NCBI GenBank assembly: GCA_963663765.2
Contig: CAXXUA010000013.1
Coordinates: 384,001-448,000 of the forward strand
Length of the DNA stretch: 64,000 nt
Source: Candidatus Poribacteria bacterium
GTDB taxonomy: Bacteria > Poribacteria > WGA-4E > WGA-3G
Direction: 5' to 3'
Both the position numbers and the translations under genes were made by a program. The notes beneath the pieces were generated by a model, which ran no database searches, was not told the DNA's origin, and was given only the letters and a program-made list of their open reading frames with translations. Below are positions 1 through 9,982 of the stretch, piece by piece. How positions within the stretch are numbered: the stretch's first letter is position 1; each line of letters starts with the position of its first letter.

Positions 1-2
1 AA

Positions 3-842
3 ACTGATTCCTACAATGCTTTTGCTGCCGAACTCAAATCCGCAACCGATTATCTTGCAACTTCACGACCAACAGCAGTCAACCTATTTTGGGCACTTGA
101 CAGAATCTCGCGGACAGCAGATGAAAACAAACACCTTCCGATACCAGAACTCAAACAGGTTTTACTCAAGGAAGCAGAGGTAATTATTGAAGAGGACAAA
201 GCAATGTGTCGTGCTATCGGTAAGCATGGTATGACGTTACTTAATGAGAACGATACGATTTTGACACACTGCAACGCAGGGGGATTAGCTACTTCCGACT
301 ACGGCACCGCTTTAGCAGTGATGTTCAGTGCACATGAAGCAGGGAAACAGATAAAGGTGTATGCAGATGAAACGCGACCATTGTTACAAGGCGCACGACT
401 GACAACATGGGAACTCATGCAAGCAGGTATAGATGTAACCCTTATCTGTGATAATATGGCAGCACAAGTTATGAAAGAGGGTAAAATACAGTGTGTCGTT
501 GTCGGGGCGGACCGAATCGCCGCAAACGGAGATACCGCAAACAAAATCGGAACATATAACGTGGCTATCCTCGCTGAAGCACACGGAATCCCATTCTACG
601 TCGCCGCACCAACATCTACATTAGATTTCGCATTAGCATCCGGCGCAGAAATCCCAATTGAACAACGTGCCGCAGAAGAAATCACCGAAGGTTTCGGAAA
701 ATTAACCGCTCCTAAAGGTGTGAAAGTATATAGTCCCGCATTTGATGTTACACCAGCTTCATTGGTAACAGCAATAATCACCGAAAAAGGTGTCGCACGT
801 CCACCTTTTACAAAAAGCCTAAAGGCTATGCAGGAGGTATAA
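3..842 (+). CDS. mtnA: S-methyl-5-thioribose-1-phosphate isomerase (5'-truncated by window edge)
   Basis: Frame is open from position 3 (…[18 protein letters not shown]…); contains [40 protein letters not shown] and PAFDVTP motifs. Confidence 0.95.
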   Translation, partial: TDSYNAFAAELKSATDYLATSRPTAVNLFWALDRISRTADENKHLPIPELKQVLLKEAEVIIEEDKAMCRAIGKHGMTLLNENDTILTHCNAGGLATSDYGTALAVMFSAHEAGKQIKVYADETRPLLQGARLTTWELMQAGIDVTLICDNMAAQVMKEGKIQCVVVGADRIAANGDTANKIGTYNVAILAEAHGIPFYVAAPTSTLDFALASGAEIPIEQRAAEEITEGFGKLTAPKGVKVYSPAFDVTPASLVTAIITEKGVARPPFTKSLKAMQEV

Positions 843-850
843 ACTTATTA

Positions 851-2140
851 TCAAGATGCTTTCAAAATATTAGCACGTGTACCATCAACATCAAAGCATG
901 CATACTGGTTTGTCTGCATGATCCGTGTTGCAAAAGCCATGGCTTGTTTTTCTGTCAGGTAACCATCTGCTATTTCAGCTACAAGGGAACGTTGAATTTC
1001 GTGACGTGCTTGTATTGAGTATGCCAAAGCACTCGTAGGCCATCCTGTGTCACCACCAAAAGCAAATAACTTGTTGGACGGTACCGCATGAATGCACCTG
1101 CGTAGAAAATCTCGGGAACTATAGGGGTCAATACTCCATGCCCAACAGAAATCTATCCAGATGTTACGATAATGCTTCGCAAGTGCAACCAACTCATCGT
1201 TATATGGATACGCAATGTGCATCAGAACGAACTTCGCATCCAAATAACGTGCAAATAAAGCACACATGTTTCCTGCTGGAATCCGACTGACTGGCATACG
1301 GTCATTACCAGCATAATAACCCGTATGTATCTTAAATGGAAGATTGTGTTCAATCGTAAGTTCAATACCACGCGCCCAACACCAATCACCAAGACACAGA
1401 CGTGTTGCTTCATCAATCTCTTTTGCAGGTTTTGATAACACTCTTGTCAGTGCTTCAGAAGCGTCAGCATCGCTTCTCTCGATCCATTTTAGGGTCCGGT
1501 TGTATGCGTGTTGTGATTTTACCGCAATTGCACACGGGGCATGTTTGGCAAAAATGGCTTCCATACTGCTCTTCAATGTGTCAAGGTCTTTGACTTCAAT
1601 GCCTGTTTCGGCGTGGATCGCATTTGTATCTACTTGTCCATTACAGAAAGTCGCCCAAGAGAGGTCATATAAGAAAAACTCGGGTCCGGATGTGTCAGGA
1701 GTACATTGCCAACTAAAATCATCCGTTTGAATGTGGTCAAGTTTCGCTAAGTCATGCAAGATATGATAACGTTTGCCTGGGGTACGAATGGACTTAACTT
1801 TATCCTGTGCTTGTGTAAGTGCATCACCAGTAAGTTCATCAAGTCCATAAACATGCTTCGCAATAAGTCTAACTGCTTCACCATATCCTGTGAACTGTGT
1901 TGCTTCCCACGCTTCTCTGATGCCTTCAAAACGGGGTTTAATTTCTTTAGACGCATCCATAAGGGCATGCATCGCATGCGGTGTTGCCCCCGCAGTATGT
2001 AAATCTGCAGGAACATAGTTACCGAATAGATCTTGTAGTATATCAGGTCCATTTTCAACCCAGTCATTTTCGCGACGCATATGTTCATGGGTGTCTACCA
2101 TACGAATTGATTGGATGTGGTGTGCTAAATCTGTTGCCAT
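851..2140 (-). CDS. Metal-dependent amidohydrolase (amidohydro_2 / uronate isomerase-like TIM barrel)
   Basis: VDTHEH metal motif, KIHTG, FVLMH, FGGD; 429 aa. Confidence 0.8.
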   Translation of the reverse strand: MATDLAHHIQSIRMVDTHEHMRRENDWVENGPDILQDLFGNYVPADLHTAGATPHAMHALMDASKEIKPRFEGIREAWEATQFTGYGEAVRLIAKHVYGLDELTGDALTQAQDKVKSIRTPGKRYHILHDLAKLDHIQTDDFSWQCTPDTSGPEFFLYDLSWATFCNGQVDTNAIHAETGIEVKDLDTLKSSMEAIFAKHAPCAIAVKSQHAYNRTLKWIERSDADASEALTRVLSKPAKEIDEATRLCLGDWCWARGIELTIEHNLPFKIHTGYYAGNDRMPVSRIPAGNMCALFARYLDAKFVLMHIAYPYNDELVALAKHYRNIWIDFCWAWSIDPYSSRDFLRRCIHAVPSNKLFAFGGDTGWPTSALAYSIQARHEIQRSLVAEIADGYLTEKQAMAFATRIMQTNQYACFDVDGTRANILKAS

Positions 2141-2588
2141 TGAATACTCCTTACACTTAAACTTTAGATATTCCTACGTGCATAAATTGGCAAATGTGTA
2201 AAATATGGTTTCATTAAATCCTACTTGACAAAATACATTATATTATGATGTACTATAGTGTATCGTGATTAAGCTGAATTGTTATAGAATAATTTATTGA
2301 TGAGATTATGTGTTTTTAAATTGGATCTTAGCGTGTTGTTATTGTGATTATATAGGAAATGTAGAGTTCTGTCAAAAGAAACATCTTATTGGATGCGAAG
2401 CGATGTTTCAATGCTAAATTTCTTTCTGTCAGTTTTCACCTCTAAAGCATCTAACAATTTGTATAGAAGCAAACACGGAGAATTGAACCTATTTTGATTT
2501 TTGTCAGGTCACCGCTGTTATAAAATAGCGTTTATACTCGACTACTTAAGCAGACTTAGCAAAGTTGAGGAAACCACGGGAGCAGATA

Positions 2589-3515
2589 ATGCCTACTGGA
2601 CGGATTAAGTATTACAATTTGGACAAAGGTTTCGGATTTATCGCACAAGATAACAGTGATGAAGATGTTTTTCTACACAGTTCAGCGATAAAACAAGCTG
2701 ATTACGAGGAACTACGTGTCGGTCAACGTGTAAAATACAACGTCGTTGAGGGAGATAAAGGATTAGTCGCAAAAAATGTAGAAGTCTTATTAACACCAAC
2801 TGAACGACGGTGGCTACGTCAAGGCAAAACTATTATCCCAAAAGGTTACTCGGGTTTTCCAGCACAACCACAAGACCCCATATATACTGCTAACGATTCC
2901 TTGGGAGATGACAAAGGAAAGGGTGATTTAGATACACAGAAAAAAATCGCACAGACTAAACGGAAACAGGAAAATACTGAAACACATCACAGTAGAGAGT
3001 CTGATTCTGATCGGAAAGAACAAGCTTCCAGACAACTAAGTTTCGGAGATCTTTATATCCTAAAACAGATTAACTTTGAAACACCGATGTTTTTTGCACT
3101 CTATAATCAAGTTCAGTTACCCGCCATTGTATTAGAAACAACACTTGCTGCATTAACACTAAATTCCAACGAACAAGAAAGAACAATTCCCAAGATAGAC
3201 ATCAAGTATTGCTATAAAGACGTAGATGCAGAAAAAGTAAATGCAATCCTTCAATACAATGAAGACATAAAAGCGAAGCAACTCAAGTCTGTTCTCTCAG
3301 CAGAAGAGACTTATTCCATTGACGCAGAAAAAATACGTTATGCGCGAAAGGATGGTAATATAATTAACATCATCCTACGTGAAGGAGAGATATTTCAAGG
3401 AACAGTAGATTGGATCAGTCCCTATGAAATTAAGATGGTGTTAGAAAACGGGTCTAAGGTAGTGGTTTTCCAACATGCAATTTATGAATTTTCCGTCGTA
3501 GACGAGGATGTGTAA
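2589..3515 (+). CDS. Cold-shock domain protein fused to two C-terminal Hfq/Sm-like domains
   Basis: N-terminal CSD (GRIKYYNLDKGFGFI…DVFLHSSAI, RNP1/RNP2); charged linker; two segments align by eye to Hfq (…ETPMFFALYN…TIPKIDI; …IILREGEIFQGTV…VVFQHAI). ATG 2589 preferred over TTG 2565. Confidence 0.8.
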   Translation: MPTGRIKYYNLDKGFGFIAQDNSDEDVFLHSSAIKQADYEELRVGQRVKYNVVEGDKGLVAKNVEVLLTPTERRWLRQGKTIIPKGYSGFPAQPQDPIYTANDSLGDDKGKGDLDTQKKIAQTKRKQENTETHHSRESDSDRKEQASRQLSFGDLYILKQINFETPMFFALYNQVQLPAIVLETTLAALTLNSNEQERTIPKIDIKYCYKDVDAEKVNAILQYNEDIKAKQLKSVLSAEETYSIDAEKIRYARKDGNIINIILREGEIFQGTVDWISPYEIKMVLENGSKVVVFQHAIYEFSVVDEDV

Positions 3516-3516
3516 A

Positions 3517-4110
3517 ATGGCGACTTCAGAAGAAAACATATTGAATACATACCAAGAACTTGTGGATGAGATTGACAAAGATGTTGAGCGAATTCGCTCA
3601 GAATATGGCAAAGGTCCTTGTCCATCAGATTGTTATCAATGTTGTCTAAACACCTCAACAATCCCTATCAGTGAAGTTGAAGCACGCGATTTAAAAAAAG
3701 GACTGGACCTATTACCGAAAGAAGTCCGAAAACATATACGACAAAAAGCATTAAAGACAATAAACGTTTTGAAAGCAAAAGGATATACGCCTGAAAATAT
3801 GGCAAAAGATTCTGGTATGGAAGCAATTGATGTCGTAAAAGGAAAGTCTTTTGGTGAATGTCCAATGCTAATCGGCGGTGTTTGTTCGGTTTATGAACAC
3901 CGACCCGTAATTTGCAGGGTCTGGGGTTATCCAATTGACAATGGAAATGAATTGGCTTGTTGTAAAAAAACCTTCATCGGTCAACGAAGGAATTACAAAC
4001 CTCTTAATTATGCAGATTATTGGCAAAGATGTAAAACGATGAGTGAAGCACTCGGCGCTGAACAAAAAACTCCGAATTGCTATCTGGTTGTTCAGTTGAT
4101 TGAGGAATAA
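3517..4110 (+). CDS. YkgJ-family cysteine-cluster (CxxxCxxCC) protein
   Basis: CPSDCYQCC, CPML…CSVYEHRPVICR; starts 1 nt after the upstream stop. Confidence 0.85.
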   Translation: MATSEENILNTYQELVDEIDKDVERIRSEYGKGPCPSDCYQCCLNTSTIPISEVEARDLKKGLDLLPKEVRKHIRQKALKTINVLKAKGYTPENMAKDSGMEAIDVVKGKSFGECPMLIGGVCSVYEHRPVICRVWGYPIDNGNELACCKKTFIGQRRNYKPLNYADYWQRCKTMSEALGAEQKTPNCYLVVQLIEE

Positions 4111-4111
4111 C

Positions 4112-4196
4112 TACAACCTATCTCATTAATCGTAGGAGGGGTTTCTAACCCCGATTGACCTGACACGCGATTCGGTGATTGATGAGATGCACTGTA
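4112..4196. repeat. REP-like repeat (CTATCTCAT / GTAGGAGGGGTTTCTAACCCCGAT family)
   Basis: Reverse complement of the elements at 17477-17574 and 25855-25952; lies between convergent genes. Confidence 0.65.
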
Positions 4197-4216
4197 CAGT
4201 TTTGGATGTGAAGCAA

Positions 4217-5665
4217 TTATACAGTCAAATTTCTTTGGCGAATATCTGACCAAGGACCTGTAATGGCAATAGTAACACCAGGATTCTGGATATTAACGAA
4301 GAGTGTAGTACCGTCAGGTGAGAATGTTGCACCGGCTAACTCTGAGGTGTTTGACGCATTTCGTGCAAATTGGTAGGTATGACCTTCAGGTGTGACACCC
4401 ACAATGTATTGATCTTTGGATCCATCTTCACAGATAAATAGGTCACCCCATGGGGCAACTGTGAGGTTATCTGCGTTTTCAAGTAGGTTGCTATCGTTTG
4501 GTTCAATGAATAGTTCAAGCGTTCCAGGACGTTTTTCTTCACGTTTTGTGCCTTCATAAGGACTTGGGTTATAACGCCAAATTTGACCTTTCTGTGCAAC
4601 GCCACCATTCGTACAGGCTATATAAAACTCTTTACCACTGAACCAAATGCCTTCACCACGTGCAAATATAGCGGCATGCTTACCTTCAATTCCTTGATTG
4701 CGAAGGTCGTCTTTTGGTGATTCTACGTTTTCTATGTCAACCCATTCTACTGCCATTTTTTCAGAAACTGGCATTGGGTCGTAACGCCACGAAGCGATTT
4801 TTTGAAAACCAGTCTTCCAATTTCTTGTGTCTGCAGCCTTTTTGTCTCTGATTTTCAATGCTTGTAGACGGCCGCCTTTAGCAAGTTGTCCCTGTTCGTG
4901 AGGAATGAAACGATAGAATAAACCATCATTCCTATCTTCAGTTTCATAAACAATTCCGGTTCGATCGTCAACAGCAATTGCTTCATGATTAAATCGACCC
5001 ATCGCTTTCAACGGAATTGCTGTGGCTAAGCCTATGGATGTGGTGACCGGTACTTCAAAATTGTATCCGTGATCTTGTTGATATGTTTTTTCCTCTTTCT
5101 GAACTGTTTCCTCACATGTCACCCAAGTATTCCAAGGGGTAATACCCCCAGCACAATTGCGAATTGTTCCAACTAAACTCAGAAAATGTCTTTCAAGTTT
5201 TCCCGAACGTGTGTCATAAATAAGTGTTGTCGTAGCACCAAGACAAGGTAGTTTTTTTGAACCTAAATCATATATTTTTGTTATATCAACATGACTGATT
5301 TTTTCGTTGTTCCATCCAAAAGGACCTATGTTTTTGTCTGTAGCAACCAATTCATGGTTGCGGATTAGGATAGTTTTGCCGTTTGGACCGGGAAATGCTG
5401 CCATGCCATCATGCTTACCCGGTACCCAAAGTCCATCGTTCATTATCTCTCCTGTCCGAGAAAAAGCATGAGCAACAAATCCTTCGGGGAGATCAAGGAG
5501 TTGGCTAGGGGTTTCATTAAAGACATAAGGCGGATCAGGTCTAAATCCAGGCACATGCTTTATCAGTTTTCGGCTGACTCCTGAAAAACCGAAACCAACT
5601 GCTGCCGAAGCTACTGCAACTGCACCATAGCTGAAAAACTGTCGTCGAGAAATATTGTATTTCAC
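4217..5665 (-). CDS. phoX: PhoX-family alkaline phosphatase (DUF839), Tat-exported
   Basis: SRRQFF Tat motif; HDGMAAF, RNHE, NCAGGITPWNTWVTCEE, GRFNHEA, RGEG, ADN, CED, SELAGATFSPDG. Confidence 0.88.
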   Translation of the reverse strand: MKYNISRRQFFSYGAVAVASAAVGFGFSGVSRKLIKHVPGFRPDPPYVFNETPSQLLDLPEGFVAHAFSRTGEIMNDGLWVPGKHDGMAAFPGPNGKTILIRNHELVATDKNIGPFGWNNEKISHVDITKIYDLGSKKLPCLGATTTLIYDTRSGKLERHFLSLVGTIRNCAGGITPWNTWVTCEETVQKEEKTYQQDHGYNFEVPVTTSIGLATAIPLKAMGRFNHEAIAVDDRTGIVYETEDRNDGLFYRFIPHEQGQLAKGGRLQALKIRDKKAADTRNWKTGFQKIASWRYDPMPVSEKMAVEWVDIENVESPKDDLRNQGIEGKHAAIFARGEGIWFSGKEFYIACTNGGVAQKGQIWRYNPSPYEGTKREEKRPGTLELFIEPNDSNLLENADNLTVAPWGDLFICEDGSKDQYIVGVTPEGHTYQFARNASNTSELAGATFSPDGTTLFVNIQNPGVTIAITGPWSDIRQRNLTV

Positions 5666-5847
5666 TATTTACTTCCTACTTGAAAAGACCAAATTATCTT
5701 TATGATATGTAATGTAATTCTTTAGTTGAAATTATAGGTTGAAATTGTTGCATTTATATTGAGAATTCAGTGAATTTTGTTGACACATAATCAACATTAC
5801 TGAAAACAAAGTCGCGTCCCAATATACACTTGAGACAAGGAATTATT

Positions 5848-5877
5848 TTGACACATTATACCACTTTGTGCTAAAAT
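5848..5877 (+). promoter_or_regulatory. Putative sigma70 promoter for leuS
   Basis: TTGACA-18 nt-TAAAAT with extended -10 TG. Confidence 0.55.
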
Positions 5878-5996
5878 TCTACAACATAAATTTATACGCT
5901 ATTAACCGGCAATGAATTGAACTTATCGCCTAAATGGCTTTCATTGTTTATTGTATGATGTCTATTGAATAGATAGGTAAGGAGAAACATTTTATA

Positions 5997-8549
5997 ATGG
6001 AGAACTTTAGTTATGCTCCTGGAGAGATCGAGCCGTATTGGCAAGCTGCATGGCGCGAAAAGGAAGCATTCAAAATCCCAAATGATATTGAAACATTAAG
6101 AAAGAAACCGAAATTCTATGTGCTTGGTATGTTCCCATATACATCAGGGGCAGGTCTTCATATTGGACACGCAAAAAACTATGTACCAACCGATGTACTG
6201 GCGAATTTCAAACGTATGCAAGGTTACCATGTGATGCATCCAATGGGTTGGGATGCGTTTGGACTCCCAACTGAACGAACCGCTGTCAGAGAAAATGAAC
6301 ATCCAGCACATATTACAAAAAGGAATACTGAAACTTTTCAACAACAAATCCAACGAATCGGTTTCTCCTACGATTGGTCCCGTAAAATAGACACCTCCCT
6401 ACCTGAATACTATAGATGGACTCAATGGATTTTTCTCCGACTATTTGAAAAAGATTTGGCATACCTTGCAGATGTTCCTGTCAACTGGTGTCCAGCATTA
6501 GGTACTGTCCTTTCAAATGAAGAAGTAAAGGATGGAAAATACGTTGAGACTGGTGACCCAGTTGAACGGCGTCTGATGCGCCAATGGATGCTCAAAATCA
6601 CTGCTTATGCGGAACGACTCTTAGATGACCTGGATCTATTGGACTGGCCTGATGGTCTAAAAGAGATGCAACGGAATTGGATCGGAAAATCAGAAGGTGC
6701 AGAAATAACCTTTGATGTCAAGGATCACGATGCAACATTTGATGTCTTCACGACAAGACCTGACACTCTGTTCGGTGCAACCTATTGTGTTCTTGCACCT
6801 GAACATCATCTTGTCCCTCAAATAACACATCCTGACGCTGCACTTGCAGTTACTGCTTATGTTGACGAAGCGATAAATAAATCCGATCTTCAACGCACAG
6901 ACCTTGCTACAGAAAAGACTGGTGTTTTCACAGGAACTTATGCAGTTAATCCTTGTAATAATAAACCGATTCCTATCTGGGTTGCAGACTATGTCCTTAT
7001 GACTTATGGGACAGGTGCTATCATGGCAGTTCCAGGACATGATGAACGTGACCATGATTTTGCTACCACTTTTGGTATTCCTATAGTTGAGGTAATCAGC
7101 GGTGGTGAGAAACCGATTGTTGAAGAAGCTTTTGCAGGGGATGGTGTTTGTGTCAACTCTGACTTTCTTAACGGTCTACAGGTTGGTGATGCTAAGGAAA
7201 AGATGATCAACTGGCTTGAAAGTGAAAAGAAGGGGAAAAGACAAGTTCAGTATAAGTTGCGTGATTGGCTTTTTTCAAGGCAAAGGTATTGGGGTGAACC
7301 TTTCCCTTTAGTGCATCTTGATGATGGTACTATCATTCAACTACCAGACTACCAACTTCCTATAGAACTACCACCAATTGATGCCTACAAACCGACAGAA
7401 GATGGCAGACCTCCACTTGCTCGTGCTGATGTATCGTGGTTGAAGGTGAAACTCCCAGATGGAACAATCGCAACGCGTGAAACAAACATCATGCCACAGT
7501 GGGCAGGTTCGTGTTGGTATTATCTCAGGTTTTTGGATGCGAAAAATAGAGATGCCCCTTTTGATACAAAACTTGAACGCTACTGGATGCCTGTTGACTT
7601 ATATATGGGTGGTACAGAACATGCTGTACTGCATTTGCTTTATGCACGATTTTGGCATAAGGTTCTATATGACTGCGGGTTAGTTTCTACAAAAGAACCT
7701 TTTCAAGGACTCCTTAACCAAGGTATCATTCTTGCTGAATCTTTTCAAGATGAAGCAGGAAAATACTACTATCCTCACGAGGTAGAACGTGATCAGGATA
7801 ATGCAACTGCTTCAACCACTGGTAAAACACTACAAATTCAGATGGAAAAAATGTCAAAATCGCGCTTTAACGTCATCAATTCCAATGATGTTATTGACAG
7901 ATACGGTGCAGATGCACTTCGTCTCTATTTACTATTTATTGGTCCGGTTACTAAGAGCGCACCTTGGCAGGACAGTGGTGTTGAAGGTGTGTATCGTTTC
8001 CTTCAACGCGTCTGGTGGCTTGTAGTTGATAAGAAGAGTGGTGAACTCAATGATAAGTTGACCGACACTGCAGGTACAACGGAGTCTGAACTTTGGCGTG
8101 AACTCCATAATACCATAAAGCAAGTAACAGAGGATACCGAATCAGTTGATAAAATGAATACAGCGATCAGTCAAATGATGATTTTTGCAAATACAGCAAC
8201 ACAGAGCAAATCACTACCTATAGAGACGGTTAAGATATTTCTACGTCTACTTGCACCTTATGCACCACATCTTGCACAAGAGTTGTGGCACCGTCTGGGT
8301 GAAACAGGTTTTATTGCCCATAGTACATGGCCGGCACATGATGAAAGTGTACTTGAAAGTGCAATGATTACCATTATCGCACAAGTCAATGGGAAACTTC
8401 GAAGTCGTCTCCAACTACCAGCAGATGCTACTGACAAAGAGATAGAGGAAACCGCACTTGCAGATGAGCGCGTCCAACGTTTTATTGAAGGAAAGGAAAT
8501 TAGGAAAGTAATTGTCGTTCCAAACCGTCTTATTAATATCGTAGTTTAG
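5997..8549 (+). CDS. leuS: Leucine--tRNA ligase
   Basis: MFPYTSGAGLHIGH (HIGH), KMSKS, editing domain FTTRPDT / GTGAIMAVPGHDERD; AAGGAG RBS. Confidence 0.98.
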   Translation: MENFSYAPGEIEPYWQAAWREKEAFKIPNDIETLRKKPKFYVLGMFPYTSGAGLHIGHAKNYVPTDVLANFKRMQGYHVMHPMGWDAFGLPTERTAVRENEHPAHITKRNTETFQQQIQRIGFSYDWSRKIDTSLPEYYRWTQWIFLRLFEKDLAYLADVPVNWCPALGTVLSNEEVKDGKYVETGDPVERRLMRQWMLKITAYAERLLDDLDLLDWPDGLKEMQRNWIGKSEGAEITFDVKDHDATFDVFTTRPDTLFGATYCVLAPEHHLVPQITHPDAALAVTAYVDEAINKSDLQRTDLATEKTGVFTGTYAVNPCNNKPIPIWVADYVLMTYGTGAIMAVPGHDERDHDFATTFGIPIVEVISGGEKPIVEEAFAGDGVCVNSDFLNGLQVGDAKEKMINWLESEKKGKRQVQYKLRDWLFSRQRYWGEPFPLVHLDDGTIIQLPDYQLPIELPPIDAYKPTEDGRPPLARADVSWLKVKLPDGTIATRETNIMPQWAGSCWYYLRFLDAKNRDAPFDTKLERYWMPVDLYMGGTEHAVLHLLYARFWHKVLYDCGLVSTKEPFQGLLNQGIILAESFQDEAGKYYYPHEVERDQDNATASTTGKTLQIQMEKMSKSRFNVINSNDVIDRYGADALRLYLLFIGPVTKSAPWQDSGVEGVYRFLQRVWWLVVDKKSGELNDKLTDTAGTTESELWRELHNTIKQVTEDTESVDKMNTAISQMMIFANTATQSKSLPIETVKIFLRLLAPYAPHLAQELWHRLGETGFIAHSTWPAHDESVLESAMITIIAQVNGKLRSRLQLPADATDKEIEETALADERVQRFIEGKEIRKVIVVPNRLINIVV

Positions 8550-8555
8550 AGACAT

Positions 8556-8721
8556 GGCGTCAATTTAAGAAAAAATGTTGGTGTTTTTCTTGTAGGAGGG
8601 TTTTCAACCCCGATATGAGAGGATAAGTACACAAAATCCAAATCAACGTCAGAAGCTCGTTTGGCTTCTGTCGGGGTTGAAAACCCCTCCCACAGGAGGT
8701 CAGAATCCTTAAATTGACGCC
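8556..8721. mobile_element. MITE-like element with GGCGTCAATTTAAG terminal inverted repeats and an internal inverted REP pair
   Basis: GGCGTCAATTTAAG…CTTAAATTGACGCC ends; internal TGTAGGAGGGTTTTCAACCCCGA / TCGGGGTTGAAAACCCCTCCCACA; related copies at 38768 and 45674. Confidence 0.8.
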
Positions 8722-8884
8722 TAAGGTGCGGTTTCCTAACCAATGCAGAATACCAAACGCGTATTCTGCTGAAATTAAAAATATGATTTATCAAACTCAC
8801 GTTAGTAATTAACATTATGAAAATTATACCAAATAGGGTAATACAAGTAGTAAAAACAACTTCATTCTGATATTAGGAGTTCTT

Positions 8885-9901
8885 ATGCATTTCAAAAAAA
8901 TGGCTTGTGTTTTCATATTTGTTATTGCATTCAGTGAAGTTGTATTTGCACAAGGTAAATTAGTCTTTACCATGAAGGAACCGCTACAAACGGAGGCAGG
9001 TTTCCGTGGAACAGTGGGTAGGTTGGAACCCAAACAGAATACAGATTATTGGTGGGACTTTTACCATTACAGTATTTGTTCAATGAATCCTGATGGCACA
9101 GACTTAAAACGACTTACCACTGATGGAACATCACGTAGACCACGTATGTCACCCGATGGTGAGAGAATTGCCTATACATCGGGTTATACAGGGAAAATCT
9201 CGTTTAATATAATGTGGACAGATGGTTCTGAGAATGAAAGATATATCAAGAATGTATATGACATCCATGACTTCTGGTGGTCTCCCAAAAGTAACGCTGT
9301 TTTAGTTGTTGTTGAGATTGATCGTGATAAAGACCGGTTTGAGAATTGGGAAGTAAGTGTCACTGGTAAAACAAAACGATGGCGGAGCGAAAGGTTTGCT
9401 AAAGGTTGGTTACATTGGGACGAAACAGGTGATAAAGTCATCACACCGCACAACAGATTACTTGAAGTGTTGCCTGAGGGAATAAGTTGGCCCAAGTGGT
9501 CTCCAGATGGAAAATGGATTGCATTTACATATAATCGTCAACTTGCTCTTGCAGAACCCGATGTCATCAGCATTGGCAGAAGATGGTCACTTCAAAATGG
9601 AGAACCGCCGTGTGATGGAGTTGTAGAGTGGTCACCCGACGGTAAAAAGATATTGTTTTATGTAGGTGGTGAGATCTGTATAGCTTTTGTAAATAAGGGA
9701 AGATTCATGGGATTTCGGAATATGAGTTTATACAGAGGTCGTGACGCGACATGGAGTCCAGATGGACAACACATTGCGTTTATTGGTGCGAATACGAGTG
9801 GTCGTCGCACGAATGAAATCTTTATTATTGATGGTAAGACCCGCGCTATGCATCAGATTACCTCAGGTCTAAACGATTACTATGATCTGCATTGGCGATG
9901 A
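8885..9901 (+). CDS. Secreted TolB-like (PD40) beta-propeller protein
   Basis: Signal peptide ending VFA; repeated (W/M)SPDG motifs. Confidence 0.8.
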   Translation: MHFKKMACVFIFVIAFSEVVFAQGKLVFTMKEPLQTEAGFRGTVGRLEPKQNTDYWWDFYHYSICSMNPDGTDLKRLTTDGTSRRPRMSPDGERIAYTSGYTGKISFNIMWTDGSENERYIKNVYDIHDFWWSPKSNAVLVVVEIDRDKDRFENWEVSVTGKTKRWRSERFAKGWLHWDETGDKVITPHNRLLEVLPEGISWPKWSPDGKWIAFTYNRQLALAEPDVISIGRRWSLQNGEPPCDGVVEWSPDGKKILFYVGGEICIAFVNKGRFMGFRNMSLYRGRDATWSPDGQHIAFIGANTSGRRTNEIFIIDGKTRAMHQITSGLNDYYDLHWR

Positions 9902-9982
9902 AGATATTTCCTGAACATGTTATTAGATGTAAATATGTATATTCCAAAACACAGTAATGAAAACACATAGGAGTTAAGCCAC

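Noticed and set aside
2225-2256. TTGACA…TACTAT promoter for the CSD-Hfq gene
   Set aside because: Spacer of about 20 nt is too long to call with confidence
5880-5996. T-box or attenuator upstream of leuS
   Set aside because: Leader is only ~115 nt, with no T-box consensus (AAGGTGGNACC) or clear terminator
8546-8815. Short ORFs over repeats (also 14008-14253, 38613-38897, 46043-46273, 46603-46846, 50254-50469, 53256-53480)
   Set aside because: They are translations of MITE, REP or tandem-repeat DNA with no RBS or domain support
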